Virus record (IMG/VR): IMGVR_UViG_3300020432_000034
Span: 1 to 29,857 of that record
Direction: 5' to 3' (one strand)
Length of the DNA stretch: 29,857 nt
From: a virus
Lineage: Duplodnaviria > Caudoviricetes
Made by a program: the position numbers and the translations under genes. The notes under the pieces were generated by a model. It ran no database searches and was not told the DNA's origin. It saw only the letters and a list, made by a program, of their open reading frames with translations. Position 1 is the stretch's first letter, and each line of letters opens with the position of its first letter. Positions 20,601 through 28,331 of the stretch are shown piece after piece.

Positions 20601-22643
20601 TTAGGTGGCGGTGTGTTTACCACAAAAGACGGTGATGTAGCAGGGCCATTTACTCAATTTATATGGAGAACATTAAAAGATCCGTTAGTGCAATGGAGAT
20701 CTGAAAGACCAAAATATGTAGGTCGTTATTTGGAAATGTTAAAACAATTAGATTTTGGTAACGACAAAATTAATGCTTACGAATTTGATGACCCTTATAT
20801 ATTTGGTGATAGAAGAGGTAAAGGTAAAGTTGAATTACTTGGAGCTATGCTGCACACAGGTAATAAAAGTAATTTAACTAAATTATTAGTTGGCAGAGGT
20901 TGGGGTAATTTAAAAGAAGACGGTACGTTAGACACAACTAAATGGGATGCTTTTGTTAATCGCATGATTGATGAAGGTTATCTTACTAAAAAAGATTTTG
21001 ATTTTTTACAAGATGTTTGGGATTTAAACGAAGAGTTGTTACCACTTACTCAACAAGCACATAGGGATGTATTTGGATATTATTTTAAAGAAATAGGTGC
21101 AACTCCTACTATTAATAAGTTTGGTACATATAGAGGTGGATATGTACCTGCTAAACCAGATGCGATTTTAAATAAAGATTTAAATTTAAAACAAACATTA
21201 GATGGTGTATTAGAAGAAATGAGATACTCTGTACCTGCTGTGCCTAGAGGTTTTACTAAGGCAAGAACAGAAGTAAATAGAGCGTTATCTATTAGTTTAT
21301 TTGATAATGCAAAACATTTAGATGATGCATTACGTTTTGCATATGTACAACCTGCCGTAACTGATTTATTTAAATTATTTAAAAATAAAGAATTTGCTAG
21401 TGAAATGAATCGTGTTGATGCTAATGCTATTAATGATATGCTTATGCCTTGGTTAGAAAACGCTGCAACACAACGTACAGCTATAAGAACTGGTTCATTT
21501 TTAGATAATTTTTTTACTGCAATTACAAGAAGCACAGGTTTAAATTATATGTTTTTAAGTTTAAAAAACGCAGCACAACAACTTACAGGTGTTTTACCTG
21601 CACGATTAAAAGTAGAACATAAATACATGAGAGATGCATTTAAAAGATACACAAGAGAACCGCAAAAAGTTATTGAAGAAATATCAGCTATGTCAGCTTT
21701 TATGAAAGATCGCCAAACAAACCAGATGTTTGACATACAAGATACTATGAACCAATTAATTTTAGATCCTAATAAATATGAAAAAATACAAAACTGGTCA
21801 GCTAAACACGGATATTTTTTACAACAAGCATTTCAAAATTATGTTGATAGTTTAGTTTGGATTGCTACATATAATCAAACTTCTGCAAACGCTCCAATAA
21901 ATATGTCAGAAGCACAAGTGCAACAAGAAGCAATACAGCAAGCAGATGCCAATGTACGTTTAACACAAGATAGTTTATTACCAGAAGACGTAGCTGCATA
22001 TCAAATAAATCAACCTTTTGTAAAAATGATTATGCAATTTACTAGTTATTTCAATACACAAGCAAACTTAAACGCTACACAATACAAAAAAATAGTTAAG
22101 GAATTAGGATTTAATTCTAAACAATTTAGTGGTCAAATATTTTTTGCAACTATGTTTGGTACGTTTTTACCTGCAATAGTTTCAGAAGGCATACAAGAAA
22201 TGGCAGCAGGTGGTTTAGTAGATGAAGATGAAGATGGTTATTTAGATGAAATTTTTGATTTTATTTTCTTTTCTACTGGTCGATATGGAAGTGCATATAT
22301 ACCTTTAGGCAGTACAGTTTTAATGATGCCATTTAATTTATTTGATGACAAGCCATACAATGATCGTATTACATTAAGTCCATCAATATCATTAATAAAT
22401 TCTACTTTGCAAGGTACAAGCAGATTTATTGTTAATGTTATAGATCCTGATAAAGATGTAAAAGGAAATGATGTAAGAAGTGTTTTAACATTAATGTCGT
22501 TATTTACTAAAATTCCTACATATTTTGCAGCTAAACCTATTGGTAATTTAGTCGACCTTAAAGACGGCAGATGGGTTCCTAGAGGGCCAATTGATTTAAT
22601 AAGAGGTTTAGTAACTGGCCAAAAAGGCCAAGGCAGAAATTAA
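14640..22643 (+). CDS. Large polyvalent internal virion/ejection protein (2667 aa) with HhH-glycosylase-like, ADP-ribosyltransferase-like and zincin metallopeptidase domains
   Basis: Hydrophobic Gly-rich segments in the N-terminal part; GPKIG...TMDRWLMR (about aa 942-968); VYHHT...VYVTT (from aa 1232); FFHETAH (H at aa 1358) with downstream HETFA; last gene before the tail fibre. Confidence 0.85.
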   Translation: MTNIYDQFAENEKEEKDILELAPSQNIGSSYAPSYNPYDEITRRREQTTNNLVKANLQAVMKKDPEMVGEGLRLAEEIGLDKSFALDSDEAIKLMREKNKADRLQSLELAKYSPILHRKLTDPTFAAIAYDNIKDLQGLEKLFDDFKSIPENVAQGWEKGRLNVRRGKIGTMKLYGNTDENLDFELADINKRLEEIEKDGTGIFEEGFSIIGQYSKTLPDALEIGLYTGAASGVAGAVTGPGSIFTAKGGFIVGFLGSMAFDSYAIEGGSMYLDLLEEGLDSQTSKNIATGVGLVNAGFEFVGLGAVTQPIRKALIKETTKQLTKKLAKPTVKTTLTNFAKNYFLNNMLAESLTEVAQEGTNILGRDLAVALSDTDLELKIATESGRAEIADRLTTTFIRSMQGMALVGLAGSGPVFIGDIQKVRKAKENEVFLNELSTNSSASVLKKRSATEYQNLTQELGNDKGKPNAYVDAQTVVEVMKQQGITMQDIEQVSPNIANQIKELNKSGALVGQDIVIPTGEYAAKLANTEFDGFLKQHIRWDKDDFSKAESTYFEANRQKLYEEARQITEKQENKTNKFTESVGKIKTNFEKMLLDTGKFRNKDAINAATFYQSYVITQSNRLGITPDEFVQKYPYQVVGPEQTQVLAQQNINDVNKEINNFKQQLKNLGTQPPLPPENARFDESGNSTAAYQNYLDWETKNNELNNQIEDLENEREIFTQRTIQSKGKPIPVEILELGKLENSFEFAGKTQYATNRDFKIAIQERINNAAKQAKVNLSDFSVETEKHLVQNLLADAEFALKTNPNAVGWYNEKVTKALAVLSQVHPEIATDAQARFAFIWALANTSNGLKVDKNFELAEQAYAYYAQNNAMPVDIGIGDASAAINNNMKLFNRLMEEKGFEEFEQFMKTMHTVKEVEAFTGSTVSGENKTEMVYGAAVMGPKIGNGFFANLYGQFEQLTMDRWLMRTWGRMTGTLIIDYKKQAKTKREQLKQLIKGLSLKDKKAFEKIIGIKIKLSNLDEVAVAIQKASMKPANRKAMAQIATIENTANADLITSILGTPKKNIERIGIGDELRKGGNGLAKFIDGQKEAPTGPVERRQIRKVFNQALNLLQQNKKSLTMADLQALVWYPEKRLYDTAKLSQAEQTTGYQDNEAPDYANAAVNLAQQLGVSDVDIQTTLQEVDLELERQATIGTRGSESGEGTGGVIQRDNIETDEATGLPLNEDGTVTVYHHTNKQAADSIRKSGKLKSSGEPDVYVTTRNVPDTGYGDTSVGLRVDPTRLSLDDEFPNGRRDFRLSVGKPRGSIQVDVIDLAEQSKIFSQQQVPSGFDDARGGFDPKTLTAFLNKEADISTFFHETAHFMLTVMEDLVLTGQATPDIQNDFNALLDFWGVENLDAWSKLSLKEKRKYHETFAYNYEIYLTEKKAAPSVGLQEIFIKFGDYVRKVYRFIVSELNETYKKENGVDLPVLTDEVRAVMDRMIASEDAILQSQQIYAMKPMFETQEQSGMDDATWNEYTKAIQETQDAAIDSLTKASMGQLKWLSRKGKLIERLQNRETRETRKRVMAEETVKVENEPLYKLQKFLKTGEWNNKKNDQFKTAETSKIDIDSLKNLMPFYDMASEIKKLGTGKNGMVGKNGIPVQMVAEMFGFDTAIDMVNGLVDLEPIKTVVTERTEQRMLDEFSNLTDPEQRELQIQEALHNEARARFLAIEFKFLTKTMQPVRFQVAAARQVAKDILADKKVGDIRPTEYARASKRAVKDAEKAMREGDNLKVIQAKKAELLHNQLAREAAIIQKQFIKAEKDFKKFFEKSDKKIGELKNRNIDYINVGQEILSSFGIGKPLEPGVTYVDKLKAYNEDLFNQLDPIITELKLLPGREVSDLTLRDFDTLYESIQSLWYQSRRDQQMKIGNQLIERQAIVDELVGRLSNMTSRSSINVGKTKEPSFFEKQVLKLEGLKSALRRVEHWADGFDGDAVNARIIRGGGVLGGGVFTTKDGDVAGPFTQFIWRTLKDPLVQWRSERPKYVGRYLEMLKQLDFGNDKINAYEFDDPYIFGDRRGKGKVELLGAMLHTGNKSNLTKLLVGRGWGNLKEDGTLDTTKWDAFVNRMIDEGYLTKKDFDFLQDVWDLNEELLPLTQQAHRDVFGYYFKEIGATPTINKFGTYRGGYVPAKPDAILNKDLNLKQTLDGVLEEMRYSVPAVPRGFTKARTEVNRALSISLFDNAKHLDDALRFAYVQPAVTDLFKLFKNKEFASEMNRVDANAINDMLMPWLENAATQRTAIRTGSFLDNFFTAITRSTGLNYMFLSLKNAAQQLTGVLPARLKVEHKYMRDAFKRYTREPQKVIEEISAMSAFMKDRQTNQMFDIQDTMNQLILDPNKYEKIQNWSAKHGYFLQQAFQNYVDSLVWIATYNQTSANAPINMSEAQVQQEAIQQADANVRLTQDSLLPEDVAAYQINQPFVKMIMQFTSYFNTQANLNATQYKKIVKELGFNSKQFSGQIFFATMFGTFLPAIVSEGIQEMAAGGLVDEDEDGYLDEIFDFIFFSTGRYGSAYIPLGSTVLMMPFNLFDDKPYNDRITLSPSISLINSTLQGTSRFIVNVIDPDKDVKGNDVRSVLTLMSLFTKIPTYFAAKPIGNLVDLKDGRWVPRGPIDLIRGLVTGQKGQGRN
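18196..18570 (+). CDS. Putative overprinted acidic protein (124 aa) in the +1 frame of the giant gene
   Basis: TTG start preceded by AGGAGGT (18184-18190, 5-nt spacer); host-frame Leu/Val/Ile codons switch to NTC/NTT over exactly this interval. Confidence 0.65.
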   Translation: MNSNVRPLSAQEEVNLEKEQEELYNEIILKQTKQQDSLSTKTEQLPSTTTPTNKQQTASESPVNLKVLENLMSTLPPEMSQILAMVIPQLDSESTLLDLVSMMNSQMDEEISDFQLESLEDLFK

Positions 22644-22645
22644 AG

Positions 22646-22679
22646 GTGTGACCGTAAAGCAAAGAGTAGTTGGTAACCT
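22646..22679 (+). promoter_or_regulatory. Phage promoter motif copy 4 (GTGTGACCGTAA-N16-TAACCT)
   Basis: Intergenic exact 12-mer at 22646-22657, -10 at 22674-22679; heads the tail-fibre block. Confidence 0.8.
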
Positions 22680-22706
22680 TAATAAGATAGTGAATAAGTC
22701 TAATTA

Positions 22707-25313
22707 ATGACGATCAATTCGACTACAAGAAAGACGAATGCGTTAGTTGGTAATGGTAATACTGCTACATATCCGTTTGCCTTTAAAGTTTTTACAGACG
22801 CAGATGTATTAGTAAAAAAATTAGAAGTAAGTACAAGTATAGAAACTACATTAACTCTTGGTGCAAATAATGATTATATAGTTACTTTAAACTCAGACCA
22901 AAACGGTAACCCCGGTGGAAGCATAACACTTAAGCAAGGTGGAAATGATTTCAATTTACCTAGTGGTTTTCAATTAGTTATTACATCTGCATTAGAACCA
23001 TTACAAGGTACAGACCTTACAAACCAAGGTGGTTTTTATCCAGAAGTTATTAATGACGCTTTAGATAAAGCAGTTATATTACATCAACAACAACAAGATG
23101 AATTAGATAGATCAATTAAATTTTCTTTAACTAATACTATTGGTAGTTTAGAAATTACAGAGAATGCTGCAAATCGTGCTAATAAAGTTTTAGGTTTTGA
23201 TAATTTAGGTGAGTTTGAAATACTCAAAGAATTAGGAACATACCGTGGTGATTGGGCAGCAAGTAGAGCATATGCAGTTAGAGATCTTGTAAAAGATACA
23301 TCTACAAACAATATTTATTTTTGTAATACAGCACACACTTCACAAGGTTCACAACCACTAACAACTAATACTAACTCTGCAAACTGGGATCTTATTGTAG
23401 ATGCAGCAGCAGCTACAACGTCTGCAAACAATGCAGCATCGTCAGCTACAGCAGCAGCAACTAGTGAAACTAACGCAGCTAACAGTGCAACAGCAGCAGC
23501 TACGTCAGAAACAAATGCAGCAACATCAGAAACAAATGCAAACACACATAAAAATGACGCACAAACTGCAAAGACGGCTGCTGAGACAGCACAAACGGCT
23601 GCTGAGACAGCTAAGACAGCAGCAGAAACTGCATTAGATACATTTGATGATAGATATTTAGGTGCAAAAAGTTCTGACCCGGCTACAGATAATGACGGTA
23701 ATGCACTTATAGATGGAGCGTTATATTACAACACAACAGATAACATAACTAAAGTCTATGATTTAGCTACAACATCTTGGTTAGCTTTAAACATAACTGG
23801 AACCGATTTAGCCAATACAAATACAGTTGCAGGTGCAATAGCTAATGTAAACAATGTTGGTGGTTCTATAGCAAACGTCAACACCGTAGCAAGCAACATA
23901 TCAAATGTTAATACGGTTGCAGCAGATATAGCAAAAGTAATTACGGTAGCAAACGATTTAAACGAAACTGTTTCTGAGATAGAAGTAGCAGCAGCAGATC
24001 TACAAGAAACCACATCTGAAATAGATACAGTTGCAAATAGTATTACAAACGTAGATTTAGTTGGAAATAATATCAGCAATATAAATGCGTTAGGTCAAGT
24101 ATTAGCAGGTCAAACAACATACACAGTTACCGTATCAGGCGGTGTATTTTATATTGATGGCGTTTCTGCACCAACTTTAAATTTAATTAGAGGATATACA
24201 TATATATTTAATCAAGCAGACAACACAAATAATAATCATCCACTAGCTTTTAAAGATGCAAGCGGTAATTCATATACAACTGGAGTAACAGTAAATGGTA
24301 CAGCAGGTCAAGCAGGTGCAAACGTAACTTTTGTTGTACCTGCAAATGCACCTGCATCATTACGTTATTACTGTACAGTGCATGGCAATGGCATGGGTAA
24401 TACTATTGCTGTTGGTGATGACAACATTGGAGTTGTAGCAGGTAGCATAGGCAATGTAAATACTGTTGCAGGTGACATTGCAAACGTAAATAATGTTGGC
24501 GGTAGTATTGCTAATGTCAATACTGTTGCAAGCAATATAAGCGGTATAAATGATTTTGCAGCTAGATATAGAGTTGGCCCTACAAACCCAACAACTGATC
24601 TTGATAATGGTGATTTATTTTATAATACAAATTTAGGAAAATTACTTGTATACAACGCAGGTACTAGTGCATGGGAAGAAACACAAACTATTGGTAATTT
24701 CTTTATAAATACTATTAGTCAATTTACTGGTACTGGTGGTAATAGTGCAACGTTTAATGGTGTTGCATACAAGTTTACCTTAAGCAATGCAGGTCAATTT
24801 GCACAACAAATGTTGGTAAGTATCAACGGTGTTGTACAAAAACCTAATAGTGGATCAAGTCAACCGGCAGAAGGTTTTGCTATTAGTGGTAGTGAAATTA
24901 TATTTGCTGCTCCACCTCCTACTGGTGCAGATTATTTCATTATTACAATTGGTGCGACAGTTAGTATTGGAACACCAAGTGCAGGTTCAGTTGGAACTAC
25001 AGAATTAGCAGACGAATCAGTTACGTTAGCTAAATTAGAGCATGGAACACCGTCTACTGATGGCAAGTTTTTAAGGTCTAATAACGGTGCAGATCCAACA
25101 TATGAAGCTGCATCTTCTCCTGAGATATATGGTTTTAATACTGACACAGATCCTACAAGTAATACTTATGGGCATCTAATAGTAACCACCACAAACGGTG
25201 GTGTGGACAATATATCTGGGGCAGTTTATGATGCATTTGAAGATGTAATATATGCTGCTACAGGTTTCACTTTCACCAAAAATGCGAGTGGTAATTTAAT
25301 TGCAACTATTTAA
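22707..25313 (+). CDS. Tail fibre protein (T7 gp17-like N-terminal anchor, coiled coil, NVNTVA repeats, cupredoxin-like insert)
   Basis: N-terminal GNGNTATYPFAFKVF...DY.V...GGSITL and NDALDKAVIL.QQ; Ala/Thr coiled coil; FDDRYLGAK; 10-aa repeats; YYCTVHGNGM. Confidence 0.88.
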   Translation: MTINSTTRKTNALVGNGNTATYPFAFKVFTDADVLVKKLEVSTSIETTLTLGANNDYIVTLNSDQNGNPGGSITLKQGGNDFNLPSGFQLVITSALEPLQGTDLTNQGGFYPEVINDALDKAVILHQQQQDELDRSIKFSLTNTIGSLEITENAANRANKVLGFDNLGEFEILKELGTYRGDWAASRAYAVRDLVKDTSTNNIYFCNTAHTSQGSQPLTTNTNSANWDLIVDAAAATTSANNAASSATAAATSETNAANSATAAATSETNAATSETNANTHKNDAQTAKTAAETAQTAAETAKTAAETALDTFDDRYLGAKSSDPATDNDGNALIDGALYYNTTDNITKVYDLATTSWLALNITGTDLANTNTVAGAIANVNNVGGSIANVNTVASNISNVNTVAADIAKVITVANDLNETVSEIEVAAADLQETTSEIDTVANSITNVDLVGNNISNINALGQVLAGQTTYTVTVSGGVFYIDGVSAPTLNLIRGYTYIFNQADNTNNNHPLAFKDASGNSYTTGVTVNGTAGQAGANVTFVVPANAPASLRYYCTVHGNGMGNTIAVGDDNIGVVAGSIGNVNTVAGDIANVNNVGGSIANVNTVASNISGINDFAARYRVGPTNPTTDLDNGDLFYNTNLGKLLVYNAGTSAWEETQTIGNFFINTISQFTGTGGNSATFNGVAYKFTLSNAGQFAQQMLVSINGVVQKPNSGSSQPAEGFAISGSEIIFAAPPPTGADYFIITIGATVSIGTPSAGSVGTTELADESVTLAKLEHGTPSTDGKFLRSNNGADPTYEAASSPEIYGFNTDTDPTSNTYGHLIVTTTNGGVDNISGAVYDAFEDVIYAATGFTFTKNASGNLIATI
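23400..23640 (+). repeat. Ala/Thr-rich heptad repeats within tail fibre
   Basis: ATAAATSETNAA twice and TAAETA(Q/K) repeats; ACGGCTGCTGAGACAGC at 23574 and 23595 (21-bp period). Confidence 0.8.
23815..24545 (+). repeat. Decameric (I/V)xNVNTVAxx repeats flanking an inserted domain
   Basis: IANVNNVGGSIANVNTVASNIS is identical at 23838-23903 and 24477-24542. Confidence 0.85.
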
Positions 25314-25315
25314 TT

Positions 25316-26014
25316 ATGGCAACTATTGATTTAGGCAAAATTAAACAAGTCTGGCGAGGAACGTACAACAGTGCTAATTCATATACTGCTGACGATCTCG
25401 TTGCCTATACAGACAGTGGTATTACATCCACATATATAGCTATTGCAGCTTCAGATAGTAGCAATCAGCAAGTACCATCAACAAGTGGAACTGCTACTGC
25501 CAACTATTGGGAGTATGTAGCAAAAGGTGTAACTGATCCTATACCTACACAAGATTCTAATACTAACGGTAAATTTTTACAAAGTAATGGGTCGGCATTA
25601 TCTTTTCAAAGTGTAGAAGCATTTGTATCTGGCATGATATTAATTTGGTCAGGTGCTGCAAACGCTATACCAACTGGTTGGGTTTTATGTAATGGTTCAA
25701 ACAGTACACCAGACTTACGAGGTAAGTTTGTTGTTGGTTATCACGATGGTGATAGTGATTACGATGTAGGCGATACAGGTGGAGCAGCATCAGTAACTCT
25801 AACAGTTGATCAAATGCCTGCACACTCACATACAGCAACTACAAAAGGTACTTCTGGAAGTCACTCTTGGACACAATTTGGTGCAGGTAGAAACGATTGG
25901 AACTATCCCGGAGAAAACTCCAGAGGATCTGCAACTACAGCTGATACTGGTGGCGGTCAAGCACACGAAAACAGACCTCCATTCTATGCCCTTTGCTACA
26001 TTATGAAATCTTAA
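25316..26014 (+). CDS. Short tail fibre with phage tail-collar domain
   Basis: GMILIWSG...IPTGWVLCNG...TPDLRGKFVVG, VTLTVDQMPAHSH, GGGQAHENRPPFYALCYIMK. Confidence 0.85.
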   Translation: MATIDLGKIKQVWRGTYNSANSYTADDLVAYTDSGITSTYIAIAASDSSNQQVPSTSGTATANYWEYVAKGVTDPIPTQDSNTNGKFLQSNGSALSFQSVEAFVSGMILIWSGAANAIPTGWVLCNGSNSTPDLRGKFVVGYHDGDSDYDVGDTGGAASVTLTVDQMPAHSHTATTKGTSGSHSWTQFGAGRNDWNYPGENSRGSATTADTGGGQAHENRPPFYALCYIMKS

Positions 26015-26016
26015 TC

Positions 26017-26283
26017 ATGAAATTTAATTGGAAGCTTGCAAGACTTTATCTTTACCCTTGCGGATACGACATTATCGCAGCTAACTATCCTTATGCATCA
26101 GGTGGTGATGCTACAAAAAAAGCTGCAATAGATGCACACATTGCATTAGTAAATACTGCAATACCAGAAGATTCTACTGAGTATACAGAAGCAGAACTTT
26201 ATGCAAAATTTGAATCAATCAAAGATGATGCTGCGTTTATAAAAATGAATGACAACAACTACTGGTACAAAAACATTTATTAA
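26017..26283 (+). CDS. Hypothetical protein (possible fibre chaperone), 88 aa
   Basis: Start revised to ATG 26017, directly after the upstream stop (TAATCATG); fills the gap between fibre genes. Confidence 0.6.
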   Translation: MKFNWKLARLYLYPCGYDIIAANYPYASGGDATKKAAIDAHIALVNTAIPEDSTEYTEAELYAKFESIKDDAAFIKMNDNNYWYKNIY

Positions 26284-26287
26284 TTAA

Positions 26288-27748
26288 ATGGCATTAACTA
26301 AAATTTCTACTGATGGCGTTAAGGATGATGCTATAACAAAAGCAAAAATCCCTGCGGATCAAATAGAAGCTAGTGAACTGGCTAACAATGCCGTAGACAC
26401 TAATGCTATACAAGACGAAGCTGTAACATTAGCTAAGTTAGAACATGGTGATGCTAATAATGATGGCAAGTTTTTACGAGCAAACAATGGAGCAGATCCT
26501 AGTTATGAAGCTATTGCTCAACCTGACTTAACAAATTTAAGTGCTAGTAATCTTACGTCAGGTACAATACCAGACGCACGTTTTCCGTCTGCGTTACCTG
26601 CTGTTAGTGGTGCAAATTTAACTAACCTTCCTCCCGGTGCAATCACTAATCTTATTCAAAATGGTAATATGGCTGTTCATCAAAGATGGGGTGGTTCAGC
26701 AGATACTACTAATGGTTGGGGTTCGGCAGATAGATTTCGTTTAGAATATGTAAATACTGTAAATAGTGTTAGTCAAAATATAGTTCGTTTGTCATCATCT
26801 TCTGGTAATGCTGATGACCCATTTGATGTTGGTATAAAAAATATTTTTCAAATTACTAATGGAAACCAAACCAGTACTGCTACTAATGCAATGGTATCTA
26901 TGGCTTATGGAGCTTTGGCTCGTGACTTGTTACATAGTGGTTGGGATCATACTAGTTCGTCATCTTATTTAACTCTGTCTTATTATGTAAGGTCTAGTGT
27001 TGCAGGTACTTTTTATGGAAGAGTCTATACACCATTAGGTGGTGGTAAACATTTTGCATGGTCTACAGGTGCGTTAACAGCAAATACATGGAAACGAGTT
27101 ACCGTACAAATTCCCGGTGATTCTAGTTTTGATATCGCACTTAATTCAAGTGCTGATCTAACTTCTTTCTTGTTTTATTTTAGCTGTTACGCAGGTACAT
27201 CTACTACTGATTCTTCATCACCTACTACTGCTTGGGGTGCTGTATCAGGAAGCAATCAATATCCTGATTATGCTAACGATAATTGGTACTCAACAAATGG
27301 TGCAACAATGGAGTTTACAGGAGTGCAACTTGAAGCAGGGCAAACTGCAAATCCTTTTGTTCACGAACCTTATGAAACAACTTTGCGTAAGTGCCAACAA
27401 TATTATTTTATAGCTTGTTCAGATAACTATGAAATATTAGGTATTGGTCATCAATATTATTCGGGCAACATTTTTGTTTCAGTACCGTTTCCAATAGAAA
27501 TGATTGCTGAACCTACGCTTATTGCTTTAAGTGCTGCTTCTGGTGCTTATATGTATGAAAAATTGCATAATAATGCAGCAACTTATATTCATCAAATTTC
27601 ACTAGAATCAAGTAAAACTAGCCATAGCCGTGCTTGTATAATAATTTATGGAGATGCCAGTAGAGCAGGTCAATCAGTAAGAGTTGCTGCTCATTGGACA
27701 GCCTCAAATTCACACAAATTTGTAGCTTTTCAAGCAGAATTATCTTAA
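26288..27748 (+). CDS. Tail fibre / receptor-binding protein with carbohydrate-binding-like jelly-roll domain (cyanophage type)
   Basis: SGANLTNLP, NLIQNGNMAVHQR, LTLSYYVRS, NTWKRVT..IPGD, TGVQLEAG..A.PF.H..Y...LRKCQQYY. Confidence 0.75.
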   Translation: MALTKISTDGVKDDAITKAKIPADQIEASELANNAVDTNAIQDEAVTLAKLEHGDANNDGKFLRANNGADPSYEAIAQPDLTNLSASNLTSGTIPDARFPSALPAVSGANLTNLPPGAITNLIQNGNMAVHQRWGGSADTTNGWGSADRFRLEYVNTVNSVSQNIVRLSSSSGNADDPFDVGIKNIFQITNGNQTSTATNAMVSMAYGALARDLLHSGWDHTSSSSYLTLSYYVRSSVAGTFYGRVYTPLGGGKHFAWSTGALTANTWKRVTVQIPGDSSFDIALNSSADLTSFLFYFSCYAGTSTTDSSSPTTAWGAVSGSNQYPDYANDNWYSTNGATMEFTGVQLEAGQTANPFVHEPYETTLRKCQQYYFIACSDNYEILGIGHQYYSGNIFVSVPFPIEMIAEPTLIALSAASGAYMYEKLHNNAATYIHQISLESSKTSHSRACIIIYGDASRAGQSVRVAAHWTASNSHKFVAFQAELS

Positions 27749-27757
27749 ATTAAAATT

Positions 27758-27964
27758 ATGGCATACCCAGAAAATCCAATTTACAAACTTATAAAACCAT
27801 CTGATTCATACGATAAAGACGGAAATCTTTTAACTGAACCCAATGCTGTAGAAAAAATGGAAGGAGATTTTAGATACGTTATACCTTTTAAACCCAATAA
27901 TAACCAGTATAAAAAATATCTTGCATGGATAGCAGAAGGCAATGAGCCAGAAGCTGCTGATTAA
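27758..27964 (+). CDS. Small tail-fibre assembly chaperone-like protein
   Basis: C-terminal IPF.P.N..Y..YLAWIAEGN.PEAAD motif typical of small genes following marine phage fibres. Confidence 0.7.
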   Translation: MAYPENPIYKLIKPSDSYDKDGNLLTEPNAVEKMEGDFRYVIPFKPNNNQYKKYLAWIAEGNEPEAAD

Positions 27965-28096
27965 CTATTTAATTTTTTCTTGTAGCTGCCGTGACATTAT
28001 TGACATAGTGACATAGAGAGGGCTGATTGCTACTATAAGTACCAATACGACTACTGACATAAGTGCTGTAGCTCGTGCTATCTGTTCTTTAATCAT
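27965..28096 (-). CDS. Small single-TM membrane protein, 43 aa (cyanophage type)
   Basis: MIKEQIARATALMSVVVLVLIVAISPLYVTMSIMSRQLQEKIK; exactly fills the gap between two + strand genes; SPLYVT..I..RQ motif recalled from picocyanobacterial phages. Confidence 0.6.
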   Translation of the reverse strand: MIKEQIARATALMSVVVLVLIVAISPLYVTMSIMSRQLQEKIK

Positions 28097-28331
28097 GCGT
28101 AAAATTCTTGATGCTTTAACAATTTTAACCACGGTCTTAGTTTTGGGAATACTAGGCGGTGGTTTTTTTACATACAAATATGTAAGCAGCGAACAGTTTA
28201 AGGCTAAAATTATGAACTCTATACTTGGCGAAGTAAAGGGGCTATTGCCCAACGTATTAGATAAAGGATTGCCTGACATGACAGGGCCATCTATTCCTAC
28301 ACCACCATTACAGAAAGAATTAAAATTTTAA
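28095..28331 (+). CDS. Small membrane-anchored protein (cyanophage type)
   Basis: N-terminal TM helix ILTTVLVLGILGGGFFTY and Pro-rich LPDMTGPSIP tail. Confidence 0.7.
   Translation: MRKILDALTILTTVLVLGILGGGFFTYKYVSSEQFKAKIMNSILGEVKGLLPNVLDKGLPDMTGPSIPTPPLQKELKF

Noticed and set aside
23401-23637. Gln-rich +1-frame ORF inside the tail fibre
   Set aside because: By-product of GCA/ACA Ala-Thr repeats that cannot form stops; no SD and no codon shift.
982-24079. Numerous minus-strand ORFs antisense to structural genes (e.g. 1076-1498, 5869-6456, 21080-21535)
   Set aside because: Shadow frames of well-supported + strand genes, with no recognisable motifs.
25806-26006. 66-aa alternate-frame ORF in the collar gene
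   Set aside because: Short, no SD, and overlies a Thr/Gly/Ser-rich region poor in NTA codons.
22707-27964. Diversity-generating retroelement, expected from BPP-1 relatedness
   Set aside because: No reverse transcriptase, Avd or TR/VR pair with adenine-specific differences is visible; the fibre repeats differ at synonymous sites of all bases.
28097-28279. N-terminal 61 aa of the 104-aa minus ORF 27965-28279
   Set aside because: Entirely antisense to the better-supported + gene 28095-28331; only the 43-aa part from 28096 is retained.
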